Assembly (NCBI GenBank): GCA_964537975.1
Contig: CAZIDP010000020.1
Coordinates: 783 to 64,782, forward strand
Length of the DNA: 64,000 bases
Reading direction: 5' to 3'
Source: an uncultured Nitrospirales bacterium
Lineage (GTDB): Bacteria > Hydrogenedentota > Hydrogenedentia > Hydrogenedentales > SCBR16-9
Of this stretch, positions 19,556-30,074 are shown one piece after another. A program made the position numbers and the translations under genes. The notes beneath the pieces were generated by a model. That model was not told the origin of the DNA. It worked only from the letters and a program-made list of their open reading frames with translations, and searched no databases. Position 1 is the stretch's first letter. Each line of letters starts with the position of its first letter.

Positions 19556-20803
19556 ATGTCTGAGAAAAGCAGGGGAAGTATGACACGCAGGCAATTTGCG
19601 CAAACAACAGCAGCCGCGGGATTTGCCATTATGGCCAGTCGTTCCGGTATTGCGCAAAACAATGTGGATACATTGAAGTTTGGTGTTATAGGAACAGGTG
19701 GCCGTGGGTTCGGTGCTGGTCTTAATATGTTGCAAGGAAACGACAACGTCAAGTTGATTGCTCTTGCCGATGCCTCGGAAGGCAATCTTCGCGGTAGTCG
19801 TGAGCGGTATGAAGCTATTGATGATCCAAATATTCGCCCGAAAATCGATATTACCGACGACAAGTGCTTTGTTGGGTTGGATGCATACAAAAAGCTACTG
19901 GAAACAGATGTCGACATCATTGTCCATGCAACACCACCTTATTGCCGCCCGGTACATATTGAAGCAGCGGTAGACGCGGGCAAGCATGTTTTCACCGAAA
20001 AGCCTGCCGCGGTTGATCCTGTAGGCATCCGCCAGTTTATGCGTGCGGCCAACAAGGCTGAAGAAAAAGGGTTGTCATTTGTCAGTGGTTTCCAGCGTCG
20101 GTACCAGACCTCTTATCGTGACACCGTTGCCAAGATAAAAGATGGTGAAATTGGCGAAATCATGGCTGCACGTGCGTATTGGAACGGATCACTGCCGTTT
20201 TCACGTGAGCGGAACGATGGAATGACCGATCTTGAGTATCGTCTGTACAACTGGTATAACTACTGCTGGCTTTGTGGCGATAATATTGTCGAACAGCATA
20301 TCCACAACCTGGATGTCATCAACTGGGTTATTGGTGCGCCACCTGTGGCCGTTATTGCATCCGGGGGACGTGCCTGGAAACCTCTTGAAGAGCGATATGG
20401 CGATACCTGGGACAGCTTCTCCTGCGATTTCGAATACGCCAATGGTGTTCATTTGATCAGTATGTCACGTCACTGGAATAACTCACACAATGCTGTGTTT
20501 GAAGAAGTCACTGGTGTCAATGGCAAGAGCAGTTGCCGTGATATGGCTGAAGATGACGTCGATCCCTACATCCAGGAGCACGTGCATCTGGTACGCAGCA
20601 TCCGGGGTGAAGAACCTTATCTGAACGATGGTATTAAAATGGCTGAAAGCACCATGACCGCAATAATGGGCCGAATGGCCGCTTATACCGGTCAACGTAT
20701 GACCTGGGATGAAGCCCTTAATTCAGATTTGAGCCTGGTACCAGCAGACTTGTCCTTTGACAAGGATTACCCAGTCGGCCCGATTCCTGTACCTGGAGCA
20801 TAA
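19556..20803 (+). CDS. Gfo/Idh/MocA-family oxidoreductase with Tat signal
   Basis: MTRRQFAQ twin-arginine motif, GVIGTGGRG, HVFTEKP, GFQRRY, EQHIHNLDV; AGGAG before ATG 19556. Confidence 0.92.
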   Translation: MSEKSRGSMTRRQFAQTTAAAGFAIMASRSGIAQNNVDTLKFGVIGTGGRGFGAGLNMLQGNDNVKLIALADASEGNLRGSRERYEAIDDPNIRPKIDITDDKCFVGLDAYKKLLETDVDIIVHATPPYCRPVHIEAAVDAGKHVFTEKPAAVDPVGIRQFMRAANKAEEKGLSFVSGFQRRYQTSYRDTVAKIKDGEIGEIMAARAYWNGSLPFSRERNDGMTDLEYRLYNWYNYCWLCGDNIVEQHIHNLDVINWVIGAPPVAVIASGGRAWKPLEERYGDTWDSFSCDFEYANGVHLISMSRHWNNSHNAVFEEVTGVNGKSSCRDMAEDDVDPYIQEHVHLVRSIRGEEPYLNDGIKMAESTMTAIMGRMAAYTGQRMTWDEALNSDLSLVPADLSFDKDYPVGPIPVPGA

Positions 20804-20856
20804 TCTGCCTTTGTAACTGAATCTGCTGATAATTTATGTAACGTATCATCTTGTAT

Positions 20857-20902
20857 GGACGCATCATCATAGAATATTTAATTCTGAGGTGCGTCCATTT
20901 TT
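20857..20902 (+). terminator. Terminator-like hairpin
   Basis: ggacgcatc...ggtgcgtcc long stem followed by attttt. Confidence 0.55.
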
Positions 20903-20949
20903 AATTGATAATTTTTGGTTACAGTATCGCCTGAATTGGTTAGGATTAT

Positions 20950-21807
20950 ATGCCTGAACTGCCTTTAACGCCGAATCATATGCTGGGTATTTGCCCAGAC
21001 AGACCATTTCGCATTTTGCAATTAACCGACTTCCATTCTGATGTCAGTGAAGTGTTAAATGAGCAGACGCGGGCTCTTGTACTGGGCTTGGTACAAAAGC
21101 ATCAACCGGATTTTCTGGCAGTAACCGGTGATATCTGGTGTGGTGATACGCATCCAGATGCAGCACCAATGTGGATGATGCGTGATTTGGCATTTTTGGG
21201 TTCATTGGGGGTTCCCTGGGCATTGATCTGGGGGAATCATGATTATGCCTGGAATATCAACGATGCCTGGCGAAGTATTATGAACACCCCAAACTACCAG
21301 GCACCGACAGCTTTTAGTAACAATCATTTTCGTATCACGCTGGTACCTGATGGTCATGATTGTCCTGTCTGGGATATATATTTTATACATTCAGGACTCC
21401 AATGGAATTTACCCGCAGATTTTGAGTGGTTGGAAGCAAAGGCAATGCAGTTGCGGGAAGCCCGGGGACAAATTCTTCCAAGCATTGTTTTCTTTCATAT
21501 CCCCTTGAAGTGTTACCAGGACGCGGTGGATAGCGGCAAGTACACCGGGATCGCATTGGAGCCTGTTCTGTGTTGGGGCGATGAAGCGGGCACAGGAGCG
21601 GATATCATCAAAAGCATAGGAGGTGTACGAGCCTGTTTTTGTGGACACAGTCACCGGTGCGACTTTCACTTCTTGGAGGGTGATGTTGTTTTTGCCTATG
21701 GGCGGGTAACCGGGTATGGCGGGTATGGTGAAGACATGCCCAGAGGGGGCAAACTGATTCAACTGAACCTTCAAGACAGTACGGTAACCTTCGAAACTGT
21801 GTTTTAG
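20950..21807 (+). CDS. Calcineurin-like metallophosphoesterase
   Basis: LQLTDFH, VTGD, GNHD, FFHIP, GHSH motifs. Confidence 0.9.
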   Translation: MPELPLTPNHMLGICPDRPFRILQLTDFHSDVSEVLNEQTRALVLGLVQKHQPDFLAVTGDIWCGDTHPDAAPMWMMRDLAFLGSLGVPWALIWGNHDYAWNINDAWRSIMNTPNYQAPTAFSNNHFRITLVPDGHDCPVWDIYFIHSGLQWNLPADFEWLEAKAMQLREARGQILPSIVFFHIPLKCYQDAVDSGKYTGIALEPVLCWGDEAGTGADIIKSIGGVRACFCGHSHRCDFHFLEGDVVFAYGRVTGYGGYGEDMPRGGKLIQLNLQDSTVTFETVF

Positions 21808-21850
21808 CGTAATAACGTATCAAGTTATGTAGAAGGAATGAAGAGCATAC

Positions 21851-22062
21851 AAAAAGAGAAGGACGTCCTTGAACATCCCTGTTCGACGTCCTCCTCAGAC
21901 CCAAGAATCCTGTAACAATGCACTGCCATCCACGAGTGAACACTGATATTCGCAATCTTCACCGGCATTGCTCAGGAAATGTGACCTCCGTGTCCATTTA
22001 AGCGGTTTGACCTCCGTGTCTTGCCGTCACTCTATCCTTATCGGCAATCTGGAAATGATTCT
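21851..22062 (-). ncRNA. Candidate CsrB/RsmZ-like GGA-rich small RNA or 3' UTR-derived RNA
   Basis: Ten GGA motifs in about 170 nt (21866-22037), several in hairpin loops: GAC-ACGGAG-GTC twice and GAACA-GGGA-TGTTC. Ends in a GGACGTC/GACGTCC stem followed by TTCTCTTTTT. Confidence 0.45.
21982..22020. repeat. 13-bp direct repeat tgacctccgtgtc (2 copies)
   Basis: Identical copies at 21982-21994 and 22008-22020. Confidence 0.9.
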
Positions 22063-22581
22063 TTAGCGTTGAAACCGTTCCCAGTGTATAACTTCCTTCA
22101 AAGTGCGTTTTTGTGGATTTGGGATGGTTTCTGGGTATCCCACCGATATCAAACTGACCAGCTTGTAATTTGCAGGTATTTCCACCAATTCACGAATTGG
22201 AGCGGTGTATGCTTTCTTGTCACCTGCGATCCAACATGCCCCCAGACCCAATGCACTTGCTGCCAGCAGTATGTTCTGGGTGGCAGCGCAACCGTCTTCA
22301 AGGTAGTAGGTTGAATCTTCACAAAACACGAGTATACAAACTGGAGCATCCTCAATATGCTTTCCATGATCGGTGGCCAAAGCAATGGTACGGCGCTTAT
22401 CCGGGTCCGTCACCACCACAAATTCCCACGGTTGTACATTGCGTGCGGAAGCTGCCAATCGACCACAATCAACCATTGTTTCGATGGCTTGTTTTGAAAC
22501 CCCCTTGTCCAGGTAAGAACGAACAGAACGACGTGTCCTCATAACTTCCAGTGCATCCATAATAAAATGTAATTCCCCCAT
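22063..22581 (-). CDS. Nitroreductase family protein
   Basis: TRRSVRSY, AASARNVQPWEF, QNILLAASALGLGACW, ISVGYP; start may be ATG 22560. Confidence 0.93.
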   Translation of the reverse strand: MGELHFIMDALEVMRTRRSVRSYLDKGVSKQAIETMVDCGRLAASARNVQPWEFVVVTDPDKRRTIALATDHGKHIEDAPVCILVFCEDSTYYLEDGCAATQNILLAASALGLGACWIAGDKKAYTAPIRELVEIPANYKLVSLISVGYPETIPNPQKRTLKEVIHWERFQR

Positions 22582-22614
22582 TGTTCAGCATGTTAAATTA
22601 TTAAGTACCATTAT

Positions 22615-24657
22615 TTATTGTATCGGAAACTGATCCTGTTGTATAGACCAGGTATCTTTTATCCATACCAGCATTTCATTCGCACCGCGATGTCCCCAGG
22701 CATAGTAGGGTATGGCTTGAAGCAGGACAGCGTGAGCCTGCGACCCATCTTCACTGCCAGCATCTTCCAGATCAACTGGTTCATACCCGTGAAAGATGAT
22801 TTTGGTGACACCCGCCCACATATCCGGTTTGATGGTGTGATGAAACTGCAACGAATGCGATATTTTATTCAATACACTACCTTCGTTATCGGCTCCTTCA
22901 ACGCAATATACCAAAGGGCCTCTTTCGATTGCGAAACGGTGCTGGTTGTCCACCACCTCCTCGTGTGCACGTACCAAACGTGGCTCAAACGGAAGTGACA
23001 GCAGTACTTCATCGCCATTTTCCCACTTTCGTTGAATGCGGGCATAGCCCTGTATAACCTGCGCGTCAACCGGTTCACCATTAATTTTTATCACGGGAAG
23101 TGGCATAGGTTCTGTTCCCAATGTATTCTGGTAGTGATACAGATCACTTGGAACTGGCTTGTCCAATGCCCAACCGGGTATCCGCAGGTGGAGTGTGAAT
23201 TCAACAGGCATTTCGGTTTGGATTTTCAAGCTTATATCACCATCCCACGGATAATGAGTAGTTTGCGCCACAATAACAGGTGTGCCGTCTATAGTTATAT
23301 CTGCTTGATTCGCACCGTACAAGTTTACAAATACATCCTGGTTTTTGACAGCATAGAAATACCCCGGCACTTGCGGAAGAAAGCGTACTACATTGACCGG
23401 GCAACATGAACAGTCAAACCAGGGCAGACGTTCTGCTGCGCCAAAATTAAAGGCCCATTCTCCGTCGGACTCCAGCGGATTTGGATAGAAATAACGGACA
23501 CCATTCATGTCTACACCAGAAAGAAAGCCGTTGTACAAGATGCGTTCGAGTATATCTATATATTTGGCATCTTGATGCAGCAAAAACATCTGCCAATTCC
23601 AGAAAACATTCCCTATGGCGGCACAGGTTTCGTTGTATGCTGTTTTGTTGGGCAATTCATAGGCATCACCGAATGCTTCCCCATGATGCCTGCTGCCGAT
23701 ACCCCCGGTAAGGTATATTTTTTTGCTTACGACATTATCCCAGATACGATCCATCGCATCTCTGTAAACCTCACTATCAGTAAAACGAGCCATACCGGCA
23801 ATGGAAGCGTAGTAATAAACAGCCCGAACCGCGTGGCCTACAGCCTCAGACTGCGCTGATATAGGTTGGTGGTCTTGAGAATAGGAACCATACAATTCGC
23901 GTTCTTGGGCAACTCCCCGGGCATCTATAAAGAATTGTGCCAATTCAAGATAACGCACATCCCCTGTAACTTCATACAGGCGAATCAGGCCAAGTTCAAT
24001 TTCCTGATGGCCTGGCGGATTCTGGCGTTTACCCGGACCAAACTCTTTCAGTATCAGTTCCGCGTTTTTGAGCGCAATGTCCAGAAAATTACGCTTTCCA
24101 GTAGCTTCGAAATGCGCCGCCGCGGCCTCATACATATGTCCAATATTATATAGTTCATGGCTGCTAACCAGATTCGACCAGCGTTCTTCACCACACATAT
24201 CCAGTAAACCTGATTGCATGATGGTGCGCGCTGTATAGAGGTAACCATCATCTTCCTGGGCTTGTGCGATTTTATAAATCAGGTCATCAAGGTACTGGTC
24301 TAATGCTTCGTCATGTTTTTCTGCCAGTATGTAAGCAGCGCCTTCCATGATCTTGAAAACATCAGAGTCATTAAAAGGAATACCTTCGAAATCGCCTTCT
24401 TCAAGACCACCAGCAATGGCAAAATTGCGGATTCTTCCCGTCTGCTCACACATTTTAAAGTTGTGCGGTAGTGTAATGTTTCGATTGATTTCCAGACGTG
24501 GCTTCCAGAAGGTATCCTGCAATTGCACATGGACTTGCGATACCACAGATGTTGAAGTATCTGCTGCGGCAGGGAACATATTATAAACAAGTAAACCCAA
24601 AAGCATAGTCATATTACATCTCCGAATTATGCAAAATAAATAATTAAGATCATACAA
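22615..24657 (-). CDS. Beta-L-arabinofuranosidase-like, GH127 (DUF1680)
   Basis: FNDSDVFKIMEG, HELYNIGH, GHQEIEL, GHAVRAVY, YNETCAAI, CSCCPVN, TTHYPWDG, ERGPLVYC. Confidence 0.92.
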   Translation of the reverse strand: MYDLNYLFCIIRRCNMTMLLGLLVYNMFPAAADTSTSVVSQVHVQLQDTFWKPRLEINRNITLPHNFKMCEQTGRIRNFAIAGGLEEGDFEGIPFNDSDVFKIMEGAAYILAEKHDEALDQYLDDLIYKIAQAQEDDGYLYTARTIMQSGLLDMCGEERWSNLVSSHELYNIGHMYEAAAAHFEATGKRNFLDIALKNAELILKEFGPGKRQNPPGHQEIELGLIRLYEVTGDVRYLELAQFFIDARGVAQERELYGSYSQDHQPISAQSEAVGHAVRAVYYYASIAGMARFTDSEVYRDAMDRIWDNVVSKKIYLTGGIGSRHHGEAFGDAYELPNKTAYNETCAAIGNVFWNWQMFLLHQDAKYIDILERILYNGFLSGVDMNGVRYFYPNPLESDGEWAFNFGAAERLPWFDCSCCPVNVVRFLPQVPGYFYAVKNQDVFVNLYGANQADITIDGTPVIVAQTTHYPWDGDISLKIQTEMPVEFTLHLRIPGWALDKPVPSDLYHYQNTLGTEPMPLPVIKINGEPVDAQVIQGYARIQRKWENGDEVLLSLPFEPRLVRAHEEVVDNQHRFAIERGPLVYCVEGADNEGSVLNKISHSLQFHHTIKPDMWAGVTKIIFHGYEPVDLEDAGSEDGSQAHAVLLQAIPYYAWGHRGANEMLVWIKDTWSIQQDQFPIQ

Positions 24658-24668
24658 AATTTCACGGG

Positions 24669-27161
24669 TTACATTTCTTTAGATAAGGCAATTCGCATTA
24701 CATCACCAAGTTCTTGCAAAGTATAGGGTTTTTGAATAAAACCACACAATCCTTTTCCAACGAAACGTTGTGAAACTTCTTGCTGGTTGTATCCACTGGA
24801 CATGACACAACGCACACCTGGATTTATACGTCGCATCTCACGATAAGCTTCTGCACCATCCATATGGGGCATGGTAAGGTCCAGGACGACACAATCGATA
24901 GCGTTCTGATGTTCTTTATAAAGTGATACAGCTTCCCGGCCATCTTCTGCGGTAATGACATTATATCCAATTCGCTCCAGCATTCGCTTGGCTAAATGTA
25001 GTATAACCTCTTCATCGTCTGCCAGCAGTACAGTTCCTGTTCCCAGATGCTGTTGTTTGGTCTTGTCGTTTTCGTTGGGAGCAGAAACCGAACCAGTGAA
25101 ATGGGCAGGAAACAGAATTTTAAATGTACTGCCTTGCCCTTCCTCAGAATATACTTTAAGCGCACCACGATGTCCACGAACGATACCCATAACAGCAGCC
25201 AAGCCCAACCCTCTACCAGTAAATTTGGTTGTGAAGAATGGGTCAAATATGTTAGATAGTGTTTCGGCATTCATGCCACACCCCGTATCGGCTACTTCCA
25301 GGAAGACAAATTTACCTTCAGGTAAGCCCTCATCCAGAAACACATCACTCAGATAACTTCGATCACACTCCATCACACCGGTACTGACAGAAATAACGCC
25401 ACTTTTATCAGCGATGGCATCTGACGCATTAATAACCAGGTTCATGACAACTTGTCGAATCTGGGTTACATCTCCTTCAATCACAGCGACGTCTCGAGTT
25501 AATTGTAAGCGCAACACGGCTTTTTTCGTAATACTGACTTGCAGCATCTGTGTCATGTCTTCTATGACATCATTTAAATTGATAGCGGAAATAACAAATT
25601 TACCTTTACCAGAATATGCCAGCATTTGTCGGCACAGATCGGCCGCACGACGCGATGCCTTTTCTATTTCACTGAGGTAGACCTGTGCAGGCGATACTGG
25701 CGACAAGTCACTTAACGCCAGGTCCGCATTCCCTAAAATAGCCAGCAATATATTATTAAAATCATGCGCAATACCTCCTGCCAATACACCCAGACTTTCC
25801 AGTTTTTGAACTTGCTGCATGTGTTGTTCCAAGCGGTGCCGTTCTTCATCTGCCCATTTGCGGTTGGTAATATCATGGACAATACTCAGGCATTGTTTAA
25901 CCCTACCGGATGGATGGCGCAGAAATACGATGTCACGACTATAAAACCAGGCACAAGCTTCTTCATCCTTTTTCATAATCCGATACTCAATGGAAAGCAC
26001 TTGTCTGTCTTGTGCCTTTAACAAGTGCAACCAATGTGTATGGATTCGTTCAATGTCTTCTGGATGTATAAAACGTTGAATTGCAGACTGCGTAAGGTCT
26101 GCGATATTCGTCAGATTCCATTTCTGTACTTCATCTGGAATTTTATTGATATAAATAACCTGCTTAACATCAAGATCATACACGGCAACATAATCAGGAG
26201 TAGTCTGTAAGACTGCATCGATAAAACGTTCCCGCTGCTGCATGTGTGTGGTTAATTTTTCACGTGCTTCCAATTCTTTTTGCAGAGCAGTCGTTTTAAC
26301 GTTAACCTGATGACGTAACGACATTGTCCACCCGATAAAAAGAATAACGATTAAAACAATCCCTCCCATAATCCATAGAAAATAGTTCCAGTAAGGCCAA
26401 ACTGTTTGCTGGCGATGAAACATTGTAAACCAGTTTTCACGAATTCGGTCGTAGGTACCACTTAATCTGATAGCATTTAAACCTTCATTAATGATATTTA
26501 ATGTTTCGACATCCTCTTTAGCTACCGATATGCAATAATCCAGCGGCATCAATGTGAATTCTAGTTCTCGCAAGTTGTCTATGTGATTGGTGCGAATCTC
26601 ATGCCAGGCAAGTATTCTAAGTGCCAGGACAGCATCATACTCTCCTTGGGATAACAGGCGAATGGCCATGCCTTGATTACCTACACGAATTATTTCACCT
26701 GCCAAGCGTGTCGTCTGCAGATATTCATCCATAACATCATGTTCTTGGACGATAATGCTTTTCCCACGTAAATCCTCAATGTTTTGGTCAGGCGAATCAA
26801 TTCTTACAAAAGCACTGTGGGTAGCAACGATGGTGGGTAAACTAAAATCAAACTCCTGTTCACGGTCAGCAGTGCGGAACATCCCCAAGATACCGTCAAT
26901 ATCTCCACTTCGCAAGGCATCTGGTACATCAGTCCAAGAGCGCAATTTTATCTCAAATTGTTGTCCAGTTTCGGCTTGAATAGCTTCAATCAAGTCAACG
27001 AGAAATCCTGCCGGACTCCCTGTGTCATCCAGGTAGGTATATGGAAAATAATGGGCATCACCGTGTAATAGAAGCACTCTTTGGTTTTCAGCTTGAGCGC
27101 ATACTGGTAATAAGAAACCAACTACACATAAAGACAAAAACAGCGCTCGAATCATGGGCAA
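24669..27161 (-). CDS. Hybrid sensor histidine kinase (periplasmic amino-acid-binding-type domain, TM, PAS, HisKA, HATPase, REC)
   Basis: SBP family-3-like N-terminus; AGGIAHDFNN H-box; NLVINASDA; DTGCGM; FDPFFTTK; GRGLGL; receiver LADDE...DLTMP...KP. Confidence 0.93.
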   Translation of the reverse strand: MPMIRALFLSLCVVGFLLPVCAQAENQRVLLLHGDAHYFPYTYLDDTGSPAGFLVDLIEAIQAETGQQFEIKLRSWTDVPDALRSGDIDGILGMFRTADREQEFDFSLPTIVATHSAFVRIDSPDQNIEDLRGKSIIVQEHDVMDEYLQTTRLAGEIIRVGNQGMAIRLLSQGEYDAVLALRILAWHEIRTNHIDNLRELEFTLMPLDYCISVAKEDVETLNIINEGLNAIRLSGTYDRIRENWFTMFHRQQTVWPYWNYFLWIMGGIVLIVILFIGWTMSLRHQVNVKTTALQKELEAREKLTTHMQQRERFIDAVLQTTPDYVAVYDLDVKQVIYINKIPDEVQKWNLTNIADLTQSAIQRFIHPEDIERIHTHWLHLLKAQDRQVLSIEYRIMKKDEEACAWFYSRDIVFLRHPSGRVKQCLSIVHDITNRKWADEERHRLEQHMQQVQKLESLGVLAGGIAHDFNNILLAILGNADLALSDLSPVSPAQVYLSEIEKASRRAADLCRQMLAYSGKGKFVISAINLNDVIEDMTQMLQVSITKKAVLRLQLTRDVAVIEGDVTQIRQVVMNLVINASDAIADKSGVISVSTGVMECDRSYLSDVFLDEGLPEGKFVFLEVADTGCGMNAETLSNIFDPFFTTKFTGRGLGLAAVMGIVRGHRGALKVYSEEGQGSTFKILFPAHFTGSVSAPNENDKTKQQHLGTGTVLLADDEEVILHLAKRMLERIGYNVITAEDGREAVSLYKEHQNAIDCVVLDLTMPHMDGAEAYREMRRINPGVRCVMSSGYNQQEVSQRFVGKGLCGFIQKPYTLQELGDVMRIALSKEM

Positions 27162-27298
27162 CCTCCTCCTGTTCTAAGCACTTCTACCTACTAAAGTAGG
27201 GTTATGGAAATGCGTTTGTCAAGCAGATGAGGAATTTATATGATATTGCCAAAATTATACTTGGTGCTAGTTAGCAAAATGAAGTAACAATTGGTTAT

Positions 27299-27985
27299 TC
27301 AACCTGGCGACATATCCAGCAATCCGGCATCTTTGAGGTGCCTGACATCACCCCAGGTATCGAGGCACCAACCAACAGGATCGTTTTCATGGCTGAAAAT
27401 ACTAATAGAAGTGTTACGAATCGCAAATGTGCGCGTGCATTCCATTTCAAGACCGATAACTTGCCGGAAAAAGAAATTCAACACGCCTCCATGTGTAACA
27501 ACGGCAATATTCTGACCAGCATGTTCGACAGACTTCGTGTTAAAAAAGTCCATGAAACGTTGGCGAAATGCTGCACGCGTTTCACCTTCGGGAACAGTGT
27601 AGTGTTCTTTGTCCCAATTTTCCGGTGCTTCCGGATATTGTGCTATGACTTCATTCCAGCTTAAACCTTCCGCAACACCAAAATGACGTTCACGCAAACG
27701 TGAATCGGTAATGACCTGCATTTTTGTACTCTTTGCCAAATACCTGGCGGTATCCCTGGCCCGCCCGAGATCGCTGGCATATAGATGATCGAACGCATTT
27801 TCAGAGAATCGGTCGGCCATAGCGCGGCACTGTGCATGACCGTGTTCAGACAATACACCATCTTGCTGCCCTTGAATACGCAGTTGGACATTGCTGACGG
27901 TTTCTCCATGGCGTATCAGGTAAAACCAAGTTTTTGTATGTTGTGCGTCACAATGTGTATTTGTCGGAGCTTTTACATCGTTCAT
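27299..27985 (-). CDS. Histidine phosphatase (phosphoglycerate mutase) family protein
   Basis: IRHGET, ASDLGRARDTA, LRERHFGVAEG, VTHGG. Confidence 0.9.
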   Translation of the reverse strand: MNDVKAPTNTHCDAQHTKTWFYLIRHGETVSNVQLRIQGQQDGVLSEHGHAQCRAMADRFSENAFDHLYASDLGRARDTARYLAKSTKMQVITDSRLRERHFGVAEGLSWNEVIAQYPEAPENWDKEHYTVPEGETRAAFRQRFMDFFNTKSVEHAGQNIAVVTHGGVLNFFFRQVIGLEMECTRTFAIRNTSISIFSHENDPVGWCLDTWGDVRHLKDAGLLDMSPG

Positions 27986-28185
27986 GAGAAATCACTTACT
28001 TTATAATGGGTTTATTTCGGTTGGATAACTACCAGAAATTGCATGCTGAAAATGATTACCTGAATCGAATAATTCAGGTAAACTTGCAACAACGAAATCT
28101 GAGAATTTTGGATACTGTTCAGCGTGTTCTAATTGCTATTTCAGATGCGAGAAGGTTTATCGGTGTATGATATAAAAAAACGTAC

Positions 28186-29367
28186 TCATGAACCAAACCA
28201 GCCACGGATATTCTCAAAGAATGGCTTTGGCTGTGTACGCACCAGCACCGATTGACCGGGGGTGAATTTGTCGGGTGGCAGATCACCGACCAGCACCGGT
28301 CGACCCCAGGGAGTAGCTGCTATATTCTGGATCAGTTGCAGCGGATATTCTTCCATACGAGGGCTGATGTTTAATATTCGCGCCAAGGTAATATCTTCCG
28401 GATTGGACCTGGTGAATATTTCTACTTGTTCTCCAACCTCAAGCTCCAGGGTCCTGTCTTCTCTGACAAAAGCAACAACCCGTGCCCCTTCAGGGTCCGC
28501 GATGTGGAGAATAGGTACACCAGCCAGCACAGTAGAACCTGGTCGATAATCAATCCGCGCCACACTGCCTTTTATAGGTGAGCGTAAAACAAGATATTGA
28601 AGCTTCTCGCTAATCTGATTTACCAGATTTTCCTGCATCTGAATACCCAACGCCAAGGACTCCAAAGCAGGAGAGAATCCAACCTCGGTTTCCCCTGTTT
28701 CGTATTCATCCAAACGTTTACGGATACTGTCTATACGCGTATTCGCCTCAAGCATAGCAGTCTCATGTTCACGAATCTGAGTCCGCAATGATTCTACTGT
28801 CAGCTGCGTTTGTTCAAGTGTATATGGGTCCAGTATGCCGTGATTTACCTGTTCTTTCTCCTGCTGCATTTGGATTTCCAGGCGAGTAAGGTCGACTTTG
28901 TCCCGCTCCTGTTGCACCACGCGGTCCAGATAAGCGAGACGCGCCCCTTCCAAATCCATCAGAAAGCGTCGACGCTCAGTTTCCTGGTCCAGTCCAAAGA
29001 TTCGTGCATCTGTACGTGCTGCTTCCAACTCTGCCCGCAACCGCTGCAAGGCGACCTCTGATGTCAGCAGTTCTGCCCGCACCAGGGTATCATCCATGAG
29101 AGCCAAAACTTGACCCTCTTCTACTTTCTCGAAGAGGTCGATACTCACACCGCGCACAATGCCATCATTCAATGGGGCAACGCCAACTTCGTACACATCA
29201 ACAATACCTTCGATTAGACCGACCTGTTCGTATTGTCGGCCCAGTAAAACAATAACTACCGCTGTGGTCAGCAGCCAGACGGTCAAGGGTAATGCCCGGA
29301 GTCGCCACAGACGAAAGCGCCGGCGGAACGGCATATGAATCACCTTGTCGTGTACTGACTCCCCCAT
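28186..29367 (-). CDS. HlyD/membrane-fusion (periplasmic adaptor) family protein
   Basis: N-terminal TM; biotinyl-lipoyl halves (VAPLNDGIV...EGQVLA and LRSPIKGSV...GSTVLAGVPIL) flanking a long coiled coil; beta-barrel. Confidence 0.85.
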   Translation of the reverse strand: MGESVHDKVIHMPFRRRFRLWRLRALPLTVWLLTTAVVIVLLGRQYEQVGLIEGIVDVYEVGVAPLNDGIVRGVSIDLFEKVEEGQVLALMDDTLVRAELLTSEVALQRLRAELEAARTDARIFGLDQETERRRFLMDLEGARLAYLDRVVQQERDKVDLTRLEIQMQQEKEQVNHGILDPYTLEQTQLTVESLRTQIREHETAMLEANTRIDSIRKRLDEYETGETEVGFSPALESLALGIQMQENLVNQISEKLQYLVLRSPIKGSVARIDYRPGSTVLAGVPILHIADPEGARVVAFVREDRTLELEVGEQVEIFTRSNPEDITLARILNISPRMEEYPLQLIQNIAATPWGRPVLVGDLPPDKFTPGQSVLVRTQPKPFFENIRGWFGS

Positions 29368-30074
29368 TAAACTTCAGCCTCCTCTTCTTGTAGTACAAAG
29401 GTGACATTGGAAACACCCACCAGACCACGTAACTCTTCGACCAACAACTCGGCCTGGCCTGGATCGCGCATTACCAGTCGATAGGCCACCTCACCTTCAC
29501 CTTCTTCATGAAATCTTTGCGAAACAAGTTGGGTACTGCGGCAATGTCGTCGTAATATGTCTTGCCAGGATTCCCGACGCAACTTTTTCATTTCCCAGTG
29601 AAACCGAACAAATCCATCGCCGGTTCGTCTGCTGCCAAATTGTGACCAGTGCAAATACAACACTAACGTGCAGAAAACCAGTGTACCGATGATTGCAATA
29701 GCGTAATTCCGCGTTCCGCAGGCCATGCTGTTTATGAGCGCAAAAAAGATGAATGCGGTATCTCTGGTATCCTTGAGGATGTTTCGAAAACGTATAACAC
29801 TCAAGGCACCAACCAGCCCGAAGGCAATGGCAATGTTGTTGCCAATGACCATGAGTCCAATAGCAAGGATTATGGTCAATAAAATGATAGATTGTACAAA
29901 AGAGCGCGAGTAAGAAAGTCCTTGATGGGTATAGATGTACACCCAGGCTGCGAGTTGACTCAATACAAATGCAAGAAGAAGACTCAGGAGAACTTCTTCA
30001 AAGGTGATGTGGTCCGGGCGCACCATACCAAATCGCAAACCGTCAAATGATACATTCATAAGGTCGATATCCAT
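29367..30074 (-). CDS. DUF4956 membrane protein
   Basis: GLSYSRSFVQS, AFGLVGALSVIRFRNILKDTRD signature; 4 TM helices plus an ACT-like C-terminus; TAATG stop/start overlap with the next gene. Confidence 0.88.
   Translation of the reverse strand: MDIDLMNVSFDGLRFGMVRPDHITFEEVLLSLLLAFVLSQLAAWVYIYTHQGLSYSRSFVQSIILLTIILAIGLMVIGNNIAIAFGLVGALSVIRFRNILKDTRDTAFIFFALINSMACGTRNYAIAIIGTLVFCTLVLYLHWSQFGSRRTGDGFVRFHWEMKKLRRESWQDILRRHCRSTQLVSQRFHEEGEGEVAYRLVMRDPGQAELLVEELRGLVGVSNVTFVLQEEEAEV

Noticed and set aside
21861-22020. Short repeats considered as a mini-CRISPR or REP/MITE
   Set aside because: Only two 13-bp copies 13 bp apart, no cas genes and no terminal inverted repeats or target duplication; reported instead as a candidate GGA-rich RNA.
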